The notes under the pieces are model-generated. The model did not search any database. It saw nothing but the letters and a program-made list of their open reading frames with translations, and was not told the origin of the DNA. DNA of 61,993 nucleotides from Sulfurimonas sp. GTDB taxonomy: Bacteria > Campylobacterota > Campylobacteria > Campylobacterales > Sulfurimonadaceae. Shown one piece after another: positions 52,901 to 61,993 of this stretch. Both the position numbers and the translations under genes were made by a program. Each line of letters opens with the position of its first letter. The first letter of the stretch is position 1. The stretch spans positions 1 through 61,993 of the forward strand of contig JAMOSN010000024.1 of NCBI GenBank assembly GCA_027068455.1, in the 5' to 3' direction.

Positions 52901-54502
52901 GTGTTAGACAAAATGACACCAAATCAAAGACTTGTAGTTGCTATACTACTTTCTACTATATTTTTCGTCGCATATACAGCGATTTTTCCACCAGTTCAGC
53001 CAGAAGAGATAACTCAGGCTCAAACAAAAGAGGTTGCCACAAAGCAAAAAGCAAAGCAGCAAGAGGTTGTTGCTAATGTTGAAGATGTTGCAGGGCATGA
53101 GATAGCGCCAGAAGAGAAAGCAAGTGATGCCAGTACACTGGTTGTTGTGAAAAATGAAAAATTTATTTTAAAAATAGATACATTGGGGCGTATTGCATCC
53201 AAAGAACTTTTAGAAGATAAGTTTAGAAATGATGATGATTTACATGCGCAGGTTATCCCTGTTGATGGTACTAAACCACTTTACGTTAGATTTGCAGAAG
53301 ATGCAATCAATGATGCAGCGATACGTACTCCTTATACAGCAAGTGTAAGCAATGTAGAAATTGGAGATACACCTGTTACAGTAACTTTAACACAAAAACT
53401 TCCAAGTTTGACAGTAACAAAAGTATTGACTTTTTATGCTGATGGTCACTATGATGCGAAAATATCAACATCAAAAGATGTAAGACATTTTGTTTATTTG
53501 GGTGATCGTCCACAAGTATCTAAAAAACTGATGGCTGTTGCTGGTGCTATGATATATACAGGAGATGATGTTGCACATATTATTGAAGATGGTGATGCAG
53601 AAGGGCGTCAGATGTTTTCTGATGTAAAACTTGCTTCGACATTTGATCAATACACTGCAATCATTATGTACGGATTTAAAAAAGACACCAACGTTATTGT
53701 AGAACGTGGACGTGACAACAATCCTGTTGTTTATTTTGAAGCGATGAAAGATGAAAATCTTCACGGATACATAGGACCAAAAGAGTATAAAGTACTTCAA
53801 TCTATTGATCCAGTCCTTACAAATGCGATTGAATATGGATGGTTTACATTTGCTGCAAAACCACTTTTTGCACTTCTTTCTTGGTTACATGGAATTTTTG
53901 GAAACTGGGGTTGGGCTATTATTGCACTAACTGCAATTATCCGTGCAGTGCTGTATCCTTTGACATACAAAGGTATGGTTTCTATGCAAAAGATGAAAGA
54001 GCTTGCTCCTAAGATGAAAGAGCTTAAAGAGAAATATGGAAAAGATCCACAAAAACTCAATGCAATGACAATGGAGATGTACAAAAAACATGGTGCAAAC
54101 CCGCTTGGTGGATGTTTGCCTATGTTACTCCAAATCCCTGTTTTCTTTGCACTTTACCGTACACTTTTAAATGCAGTTGAATTACAAGGTGCACCTTGGA
54201 TCTTATGGATAGATGATCTCTCAAGAATGGACCCTTACTATGTTCTTCCTATTTTAATGGGTGCATCAATGTTCTTACAACAAAAGTTGACACCAAACAA
54301 CTTTACAGATCCTATGCAAGAGAAAGTATTTAAGTATTTACCAGTTGTATTTACATTTTTCTTTGTAACATTTCCATCAGGTTTAGTACTTTACTGGTTT
54401 GTAAACAACCTCTTTTCTATTGCGCAACAGTTTATTGTTAACCAGCAGTTTAAAAATGCAAAAGATGCCAAAGCTGCTTTAGAGAAAAAAAGCGAGAAAT
54501 AG
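52901..54502 (+). CDS. yidC: Membrane protein insertase
   Basis: GNWGWAII, NPLGGCLP.L.Q.P, LVLYW. Confidence 0.97.
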   Translation: MLDKMTPNQRLVVAILLSTIFFVAYTAIFPPVQPEEITQAQTKEVATKQKAKQQEVVANVEDVAGHEIAPEEKASDASTLVVVKNEKFILKIDTLGRIASKELLEDKFRNDDDLHAQVIPVDGTKPLYVRFAEDAINDAAIRTPYTASVSNVEIGDTPVTVTLTQKLPSLTVTKVLTFYADGHYDAKISTSKDVRHFVYLGDRPQVSKKLMAVAGAMIYTGDDVAHIIEDGDAEGRQMFSDVKLASTFDQYTAIIMYGFKKDTNVIVERGRDNNPVVYFEAMKDENLHGYIGPKEYKVLQSIDPVLTNAIEYGWFTFAAKPLFALLSWLHGIFGNWGWAIIALTAIIRAVLYPLTYKGMVSMQKMKELAPKMKELKEKYGKDPQKLNAMTMEMYKKHGANPLGGCLPMLLQIPVFFALYRTLLNAVELQGAPWILWIDDLSRMDPYYVLPILMGASMFLQQKLTPNNFTDPMQEKVFKYLPVVFTFFFVTFPSGLVLYWFVNNLFSIAQQFIVNQQFKNAKDAKAALEKKSEK

Positions 54503-54504
54503 TT

Positions 54505-55362
54505 ATGATTAAAATAGAAGCTGTTACGTTAGAGGATGCATATAAAGATGCTGCTAAACAGCTAGAGTGTTCTATTACAGAGATTCATATTGAAGTTGTT
54601 CAATCTCCTAGTAGCGGCTTTTTAGGGCTATTTAAAAAGAAGGCAATCATTGTTGCAGCAAGAAAAAAACCTCTTCAAAAAGAGAAATCTTTAGAAGTAA
54701 CTCAAGAGATTACAAAAAAAGTGGAACCTGCTTTAAGTGAGGAGACTCTAGTAGAGGATAATGCACCAACCATTGTGGATGATACTATAATGCCTACATC
54801 TTTTGTCAGTGATCAGGATGAAGATGAAGATATTGGTGATGGTTTAGAATATACAGCTGATTATGATGATGCGTATGATGAGGATAATGTAGATAAGTTT
54901 GCTATTGAAATGATTGTTGATGAAGTAAAAAAAGATGTGAATCAGCTCTTTTTAAAAATATGTTTTGAGATTGATGAGATTGAAGTCAAAATGTACGATA
55001 AAGAGACACTTCTTATAGAGTTCAAAGGTGAAGATGCTGCTTTGTTAATTGGAAAAGAGGGATATAGATACAAGGCACTTTCTTATATGCTTTTTAATTG
55101 GATCAATGCAAAATATAATGTTGGTTTACGTTTAGAGATTGCAGAGTTTTTGAAAAATCAAGAGGAATCGGTTGGTAGATATTTAGAAAGTGTCTATGAA
55201 TCGGTTGATAGAGATGGGCGTGCGCAAACCAAAATCCTTGATGGTGTTTTAGTCCAAATTGCACTCAGGGAGTTACGTGAGCGTTATCCAGATAAGTATG
55301 TTGTAATTCGCTCAACCAAAGATGGTTTAAAATATATCATTATAAATGATTATCATAACTAA
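54505..55362 (+). CDS. jag: Jag/KhpB-type RNA-binding protein
   Basis: Jag_N (GFLGLFKK), KH-like LLIGKEG; between yidC and mnmE. Confidence 0.85.
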   Translation: MIKIEAVTLEDAYKDAAKQLECSITEIHIEVVQSPSSGFLGLFKKKAIIVAARKKPLQKEKSLEVTQEITKKVEPALSEETLVEDNAPTIVDDTIMPTSFVSDQDEDEDIGDGLEYTADYDDAYDEDNVDKFAIEMIVDEVKKDVNQLFLKICFEIDEIEVKMYDKETLLIEFKGEDAALLIGKEGYRYKALSYMLFNWINAKYNVGLRLEIAEFLKNQEESVGRYLESVYESVDRDGRAQTKILDGVLVQIALRELRERYPDKYVVIRSTKDGLKYIIINDYHN

Positions 55363-56705
55363 TGATGCAGAGTGATACAATTGCAGCAATAGCCACCGCT
55401 CATGGCGTTGGTTCTATTGCTATTATACGACTTAGTGGTGATGATGCATTAGATATTGCCAAAAAACTTACAAAAAAAGAAAATCTTTCCCCTCGACACG
55501 CAACACTTACAAATATCTACAACACGCAAGATGAATTAATAGATGAAGCTATTGTTATCTATTTTCAGGCACCTCGCTCTTTTACTGCTGAAGATGTAGT
55601 GGAAATTCAGTGTCATGGTGGTTTTATTGTAGCACAGTCTATTTTAGAAGCAACACTCCATGCAGGAGCTAGGCTTGCCAACGCTGGAGAATTTTCTAAA
55701 CGGGCATTTTTTAATGGTCGCATAGATTTAAGTGAAGCAGAAGCGATAAGTCAACTTATCGAAGCAAAGAGTGAAGATGCTGCGAAAATCTTAGCAAAAC
55801 AGATGAAAGGCTCTCTTAAAGAGTTTATAGAAAAAGTGCGTGATGAGATTATCCATATCTTGGCATATTCTGAAGTAACTATTGATTATGCTGAAGAGGA
55901 TTTACCTGAAGATTTGGTGGCTCAGATTCAAGCAAAACTAGATGAACTTTATACACTTTTAGAAAAGACACTCCAAGCATCCAAATCACGTCAAGGGTTG
56001 ATGCAAGGGTTTCGAGTTGCCATTGTAGGCAAGCCAAATGTGGGTAAAAGTTCTTTGTTAAATGCACTTTTAAATTATAACCGTGCTATTGTTAGTGATA
56101 TAGCAGGGACAACACGCGATACTATTGAGGAACAGGTGAAGATTGGCACACACCTTATTCGTATTGTGGATACGGCTGGGATTCGTGAAGCTAATGACGA
56201 GATAGAACGCATCGGGATAGAACGCTCTTTGGAAGCGATAGAACAAGCAGATATTGTAGTAACTGTTTTTGATGCTTCTCGTCAGGCTGATGATGAAGAC
56301 AGAGCTATAGTGGAACTTTTACATAAACACGCAAGTGATAAAGAAGTGATTGTTGTCAAAAATAAAATAGATCTGCCGCAGCAGTTTGAACTTGATACAA
56401 TAGAGTTCGATTTGGAACTTAATGCAAAAGACAATGCTCTCTCTTTAATCGAAAAACTTCAAGAGATTATGGACAGAAGTAATACAAGTGATGAGATTAT
56501 GCTTATATCAACGCGTCAGATTAATGCTGTTGCCAACACAATGCAAAATATTAAAGAAGCATATGAACCTTTGGAGTCCCAAGAGCTTGAGATATTCTCC
56601 TTTCATCTTAATGAAGCGATAAAAGAGATGGCAAGTATCACAAGACCATTTGATAATGATGAGATGCTTGATAAAATGTTTGGCTCTTTTTGTTTAGGAA
56701 AATAG
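55362..56705 (+). CDS. mnmE: tRNA modification GTPase
   Basis: GKPNVGKSS, GTTRD, DTAG, NKID, C-terminal FCLGK. Confidence 0.97.
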   Translation: MMQSDTIAAIATAHGVGSIAIIRLSGDDALDIAKKLTKKENLSPRHATLTNIYNTQDELIDEAIVIYFQAPRSFTAEDVVEIQCHGGFIVAQSILEATLHAGARLANAGEFSKRAFFNGRIDLSEAEAISQLIEAKSEDAAKILAKQMKGSLKEFIEKVRDEIIHILAYSEVTIDYAEEDLPEDLVAQIQAKLDELYTLLEKTLQASKSRQGLMQGFRVAIVGKPNVGKSSLLNALLNYNRAIVSDIAGTTRDTIEEQVKIGTHLIRIVDTAGIREANDEIERIGIERSLEAIEQADIVVTVFDASRQADDEDRAIVELLHKHASDKEVIVVKNKIDLPQQFELDTIEFDLELNAKDNALSLIEKLQEIMDRSNTSDEIMLISTRQINAVANTMQNIKEAYEPLESQELEIFSFHLNEAIKEMASITRPFDNDEMLDKMFGSFCLGK

Positions 56706-57128
56706 ATGAAATATATTGCCATAGATTTAGGTCTCAAACGTATAGGTATCGCATACTCGGCACATAAAGATATTGTAACTCCTTTACCAGCTGTAATAAG
56801 AAAGAATAGAAATCAGGCTTCAAGTGAAGTACAAAAGATTTTACAAGAGTGGGAAGCTGATGCTGTTGTTGTTGGTATTCCACTTGGTGGAAGTTCTGAA
56901 GATGAGATGCGTCGTCGTATTGAGCATTTTATGAATCTTGTTGATTTTAAAGGGGAACTATATTTTCAAGATGAAGCAGGAAGTTCCAAAGAAGCTGAAG
57001 CGCTTATGAAGGGCAAAATGAGACAGATTCGAGATGGACGGGTGGACTCTCTTGCCGCTATGATTATTTTAGAGAGATATTTATCTCAAAATAAATCAAA
57101 AATTTTTCTTAATTCTCAAGAAGATTAA
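56706..57128 (+). CDS. ruvX: YqgF/RuvX family RNase H-like nuclease
   Basis: AIDLGLKRIGIA, VVGIP, DE..SS, VDSLAA.IIL. Confidence 0.92.
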   Translation: MKYIAIDLGLKRIGIAYSAHKDIVTPLPAVIRKNRNQASSEVQKILQEWEADAVVVGIPLGGSSEDEMRRRIEHFMNLVDFKGELYFQDEAGSSKEAEALMKGKMRQIRDGRVDSLAAMIILERYLSQNKSKIFLNSQED

Positions 57129-57154
57129 AGTTTTTCTACAATAAAATCTGTATT

Positions 57155-59671
57155 ATGAAGAATATAACTATAAGTTTTGCAAGTGTAGATGAATTGTCTT
57201 TAGAGATTTCAAGGCATGGGATAAGTGATTCTACACAGATTTTGATACAAGCTTTTATGGCAGAGGTAGATAAGGGTGCCATTAAAGAACTTCAACATTA
57301 TTTGGGGAAACATTTTCCAAAGAGTGTGCTTATAGGAACAACAACTGATGGTATTATAAATCAGGGGGATGTGCTGTATAAAAATGGCAGGAATGTCATT
57401 ACTTTTACTAGTTTTAACAAAACACAGCTCAATAGTACCTTCGTGTCGAGTGAAGATGGGGTTATTAGCAGTTATAAGCTTGGTAAAGATGCGGCAACTC
57501 CACTAATCAACAAAAATACAAAACTTCTTTTATCATTTGCAAGTGGTTTATATATTAACGGAGAAGAGTTTGTAAACGGCATAGCAAGTATTGCAGATGA
57601 TGTAATGCTTGCTGGGGGCATGGCAGGCGACAACGGTGAACTGCAAAAAACATATGTATTTGATAAAAACAACATTACTTACAAGGGTGCGGTTTGTGTT
57701 GCTCTAGATTCTCAGCATTTAAATATAACAACCAACTACACATTTGACTGGCAGCCAATAGGAAAAAAACTTCTAGTTACAAAAGCAATAAAAAACAGAG
57801 TCTATGAGATTGACGGCATAAATGCCACTGATATTTATGCAAAATATATGGGGCAAGATGTTGCGCAAAAACTTCCCAAGATTGGAATAGAATTTCCTCT
57901 TGTTATAGAGCAAGATGGCGTGATAACTGGTCGTGCAGTTACTGTAAAATATGATGATGGTTCTTTAGGATTTGCAGGTAATATCTCAGAAGGAGAATAT
58001 GTCCGTTTTGGTGTTGGAGCAATTGATGAGATATTAAATAACAGTAACTATAATTTTCAAAAACTATTTGATAAAATAAAATACAAACCAGAAGCTATTT
58101 TTATTTACTCATGTATGGCAAGGCGTCGTTTTTTAGAAGAGCGAGCTGCAGATGAATTAAAAGTTTTAAGTCGTATTGGGTCTCAAAGTGGTTTTTTTAC
58201 TTATGGTGAATTTTTTCACCTTAATAGTAACAATCAACTATTTAATGAAACAATGACGATTGTGCTTTTAAGTGAAAATGAAGAACCTCTTGATTTTAGT
58301 TTTGAAAATATTAAACTGGATTATGTAAATCATAAGATACAGGCGAACCATGTTATTGCAAGACTAGCAAATACGGTTTCAAAAGAGTTAGAAGAACTCA
58401 ATGAAAGTCTTGAACAAAGGATACAAGAGAATGCTGCATTTATTTTAAAACAGGCTTATTATGACAAACTCACAGGGCTTCCAAATAGACTGAGTTTGAT
58501 TAAACGTCTTGAAGAGTCAGCTGGTGAGACAATTTTTTTAGTCAATATTGATGATTTTACTACTATCAATGATTTTTACGGACATGTCGTAGGTGATAGA
58601 GTATTACAAAAGCTTGCTCAAATACTACTACATTTGGTGTCTCCTTGGGATGCTGAAGTTTATAAACTACCATCAGATGAGTTTGCAATAGTTGCCAATA
58701 TAGAACATAAGCAAGATAAAATTGAAAATATAATAAAGCATATCATCGCTGCTGTTTCAAAAGAGGAGTTTGATATTGATGGCAGTCTTGCTCATGTTAG
58801 TATCACTATGTCCGCAGCATACAGCAATGAGCAACGTACGGGTTTGGTAAATGCAGATATGACACTTAAAATGGCAAAAAAATCTGCTAAACAATATATG
58901 ATTTTTACGGAAGATTTGCAACTTACAAAGCATTATGAACAAAATATTCAAATTGCAAACAATATTAAAAATGCTATCAAATATGGTAAAATTGTTCCAT
59001 TCTTTCAACCAATTTTTTCACTTAAGAGTGGTGCAATTGAAAAGTATGAAGCTTTAGTGCGTCTTATTAAAGAAGATGGCTCAATACTCTCACCATATTC
59101 TTTTTTAGGTGTAAGTGAAAAAATCAAACTTTATCCGACAGTAACAGAGATTATGATTGAAAAAACATTTGATATTTTTGGAAAAAATGGTTTTGATTTC
59201 AGTATTAATTTGGCTTTTACAGATATATTAAATGACCGAACTCGTAATTTTCTTTTTGAAAAAATAGATGAATATAAAATAGCTTCACAACTCACTATAG
59301 AGATTCTTGAAACGCAAGAGTTTCAAAGCAATGAGATAATTTCACAGTTTATTTTAGATATATACTCCCATGGAGCAAAGATTGCTATTGATGATTTTGG
59401 TAGTGGTTTTGCAAACTTTAAATATATGACAACAATACAGTCTGATTATATGAAGATTGATGGCTCATTGATTCGTAATATTGTTGAGGACGAGAATGAC
59501 CGTTTGGTTGTGGAGACGATTGTCTCTTTTGCTCAAAAACTAGGTAAAAAGACAATTGCCGAGTTTGTTCACTCCAAGGAGGTTTATGAAATGGTCAAAG
59601 AGATGGGTATAGATTATGCGCAAGGGTTTTATCTAGCAGAACCAGGTCCTGCTATTATTAAAGAGATTTGA
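57155..59671 (+). CDS. FIST sensor + degenerate GGDEF + EAL phosphodiesterase
   Basis: FIST (GGMAGD, SCMARR, GFFTYGE), PSDEF in place of GGDEF, YEALVR, DDFGSG, KIDG, AQGF. Confidence 0.9.
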   Translation: MKNITISFASVDELSLEISRHGISDSTQILIQAFMAEVDKGAIKELQHYLGKHFPKSVLIGTTTDGIINQGDVLYKNGRNVITFTSFNKTQLNSTFVSSEDGVISSYKLGKDAATPLINKNTKLLLSFASGLYINGEEFVNGIASIADDVMLAGGMAGDNGELQKTYVFDKNNITYKGAVCVALDSQHLNITTNYTFDWQPIGKKLLVTKAIKNRVYEIDGINATDIYAKYMGQDVAQKLPKIGIEFPLVIEQDGVITGRAVTVKYDDGSLGFAGNISEGEYVRFGVGAIDEILNNSNYNFQKLFDKIKYKPEAIFIYSCMARRRFLEERAADELKVLSRIGSQSGFFTYGEFFHLNSNNQLFNETMTIVLLSENEEPLDFSFENIKLDYVNHKIQANHVIARLANTVSKELEELNESLEQRIQENAAFILKQAYYDKLTGLPNRLSLIKRLEESAGETIFLVNIDDFTTINDFYGHVVGDRVLQKLAQILLHLVSPWDAEVYKLPSDEFAIVANIEHKQDKIENIIKHIIAAVSKEEFDIDGSLAHVSITMSAAYSNEQRTGLVNADMTLKMAKKSAKQYMIFTEDLQLTKHYEQNIQIANNIKNAIKYGKIVPFFQPIFSLKSGAIEKYEALVRLIKEDGSILSPYSFLGVSEKIKLYPTVTEIMIEKTFDIFGKNGFDFSINLAFTDILNDRTRNFLFEKIDEYKIASQLTIEILETQEFQSNEIISQFILDIYSHGAKIAIDDFGSGFANFKYMTTIQSDYMKIDGSLIRNIVEDENDRLVVETIVSFAQKLGKKTIAEFVHSKEVYEMVKEMGIDYAQGFYLAEPGPAIIKEI

Positions 59672-60308
59672 AAAACTCAGCAGCTTCTTCTTCATCATCA
59701 CTGAGTTTTTCAGGTGTATAGAGAGGATCTTCATTTATAAGCTTTTTTACTTTTTCTTGGCAAAATGCAAAAAGTTTCTCTTTTGCCTGTGCATCATCAG
59801 TTAAAAATCCAAGTCCACTGAACTGGTAAGGTTCTTCCTGCTCTATACAAAGCAGTGTTCCGTCACAGTTTTCTTCTAAAAATTCTACCATCTCTCTGTA
59901 GCTTACATCAAACTCTGTAGCATTCCAACCTATATCTTCAAGGTCGCTGTTGGAAAATTCACTTACACCATCCCCTGTTGTGTCATCATACGAAGCTCTT
60001 GGGATATTGAGTTTAATAAGCTCTTGCCAGTTGGAGAATGCTTTGATAAGGACACGGTCATCATCTTCAACTACTTGATAGTTCTTTCCAAAGATGTCGC
60101 TAAGTGTAGGTGCCTTTGCCTGCATAAGAGCACTTGTAGGTTTTGGAGTGTGTTTCCCTTCAAAAATAAGAATCTCTTTTTCATTATAAGGTGGATAAAC
60201 AATATCACCTTTTTCATTGATACCAAATGTTTTTGATGAGTTGATAGCATTTAAGAGCGCAGGTTGATTGACAATTATGATTTCATTAAAAAGGTTAAAT
60301 TTTTTCAT
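59658..60308 (-). CDS. Hypothetical acidic protein
   Basis: Likely start MKKFNLF at 60308 with AAGGA RBS. Confidence 0.7.
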   Translation of the reverse strand: MKKFNLFNEIIIVNQPALLNAINSSKTFGINEKGDIVYPPYNEKEILIFEGKHTPKPTSALMQAKAPTLSDIFGKNYQVVEDDDRVLIKAFSNWQELIKLNIPRASYDDTTGDGVSEFSNSDLEDIGWNATEFDVSYREMVEFLEENCDGTLLCIEQEEPYQFSGLGFLTDDAQAKEKLFAFCQEKVKKLINEDPLYTPEKLSDDEEEAAEFFKSL

Positions 60309-60469
60309 GAGTATCCTTTGTAATTTTTTCCATATTATACAGAGTATGAAATTAAACAAAAGATTTTCTTTAAGCTTGTAAGCTTCCTCTAATAAAAGTT
60401 TTACCAAAGTTTCAGTATAATGCGACAAATTTTTTGGAGGATATACCTCTAAAGCCCAAGGAAAAATAA

Positions 60470-61492
<1,023 letters not shown>

Positions 61493-61515
61493 AATAGTGA
61501 CAAGACGGGCGTTAA

Positions 61516-61543
61516 AAGTAAAGTGAACTACTTCACTTTACTT
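61516..61543 (+). terminator. Terminator after ilvC
   Basis: Perfect 12-bp stem AAGTAAAGTGAA-CTAC-TTCACTTTACTT followed by AGCCTTTT. Confidence 0.7.
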
Positions 61544-61710
61544 AGCCTTTTCTCATTAAAATATTTTTTATCTGCACTTCATTTTTAAGTTTCTTCCCTA
61601 CACACTTTAGCATAGTCTAGTTTTTTTTAATTTTAATATAGAGTTTTGTTTCAAAATATTGTATACTTTATCTTACGTTTTAGCTAGTTTTAGTATTTGA
61701 AAGCAGATAA

Positions 61711-61993
61711 GTGAGAGTTCAAAAGCAGAAATATGATATAGATGAAATTATCCCCCTTATTACCGCAACAGAGATTCGTGATGCTTATACACAGGGACAC
61801 TCTCAAAGAGTTGCTTATTATGCCTATCTTTTGGCACATACACTTAAGCTTGATGAAGAGATATGCAAAAATGTCTATGTAGCCGGTTTGTTGCATGATG
61901 TCGGCAAGATCGGTATTCCTGACAATATTTTACTCAAACCGGGAAAACTTGATACAGAAGAGTTTGATCTTATTAAACTTCACAGTTCAATCA
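61711..61993 (+). CDS. HD-GYP domain protein (partial, runs off the window)
   Basis: Not in the ORF track. GTG at 61711 reads ...RDAYTQGHSQRVA...GLLHDVGKIGIPDNILLKPGKL..EEF..IKLH. Confidence 0.88.
   Translation, partial: MRVQKQKYDIDEIIPLITATEIRDAYTQGHSQRVAYYAYLLAHTLKLDEEICKNVYVAGLLHDVGKIGIPDNILLKPGKLDTEEFDLIKLHSSI

Larger units (their letters stand above)
410..56334. repeat. Dispersed over-represented 9-mer TTGCGTGTT/AACACGCAA (24 exact copies counted)
   Basis: TTGCGTGTT at 4313, 4325, 6806, 7518, 7860, 8673, 16109, 17202, 17422, 25268, 29062, 35856, 43214, 48906; AACACGCAA at 410, 1688, 13396, 15756, 16039, 22170, 44172, 48726, 55521, 56326. Confidence 0.85.

Noticed and set aside
410-56334. 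Interpreting the 9-mer as Chi/KOPS, a REP element or a palindromic restriction site
   Set aside because: Orientation is mixed (14:10), copies are intragenic singletons without a hairpin body, and the motif is non-palindromic; genome-wide data are still needed to exclude Chi/KOPS fully
52081-56705. rpmH-rnpA-yidC-mnmE cluster suggesting nearby oriC
   Set aside because: No dnaA; clpB lies upstream and I saw no DnaA-box array

Overview
A ~62 kb, AT-rich (roughly one-third GC by eye) core-chromosome segment from a Campylobacterota bacterium. Gene content and order look most like Sulfurimonas, which is an inference. It is densely packed with housekeeping genes: mfd (partial), ccmA/M23 cell-shape pair, folC, leuS, secDF-yajC, lnt, ppk1, argJ, rpmB, rpe, trpF, accA-fabF-acpP-fabG, gpmI, mraY, pckA, HU, fbaA, cmoA, nth, clpB, rpmH-rnpA-yidD-yidC-jag-mnmE-ruvX and ilvC. 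It also carries two tRNA-Phe, one tRNA-Val, tmRNA, several signalling genes (GGDEF, FIST-GGDEF-EAL, HD-GYP, HDOD, STAS/CheX hybrid, hybrid kinase) and a large repeat-rich surface lipoprotein. I saw no integrase, transposase, prophage or CRISPR array. The most striking unexplained signal is a dispersed, non-palindromic 9-mer, TTGCGTGTT/AACACGCAA. I counted 24 exact copies and 11 one-mismatch copies by eye, against ~0.4 exact copies expected from base composition. It occurs in both orientations and in five reading-frame contexts inside unrelated genes, which suggests a DNA-uptake-sequence-like or chromosome-protein binding motif. Other points of note are an rnpA gene with no canonical start codon, a STAS-REC-STAS-CheX protein paired with an HDOD protein, and a poorly characterised cluster around HU.
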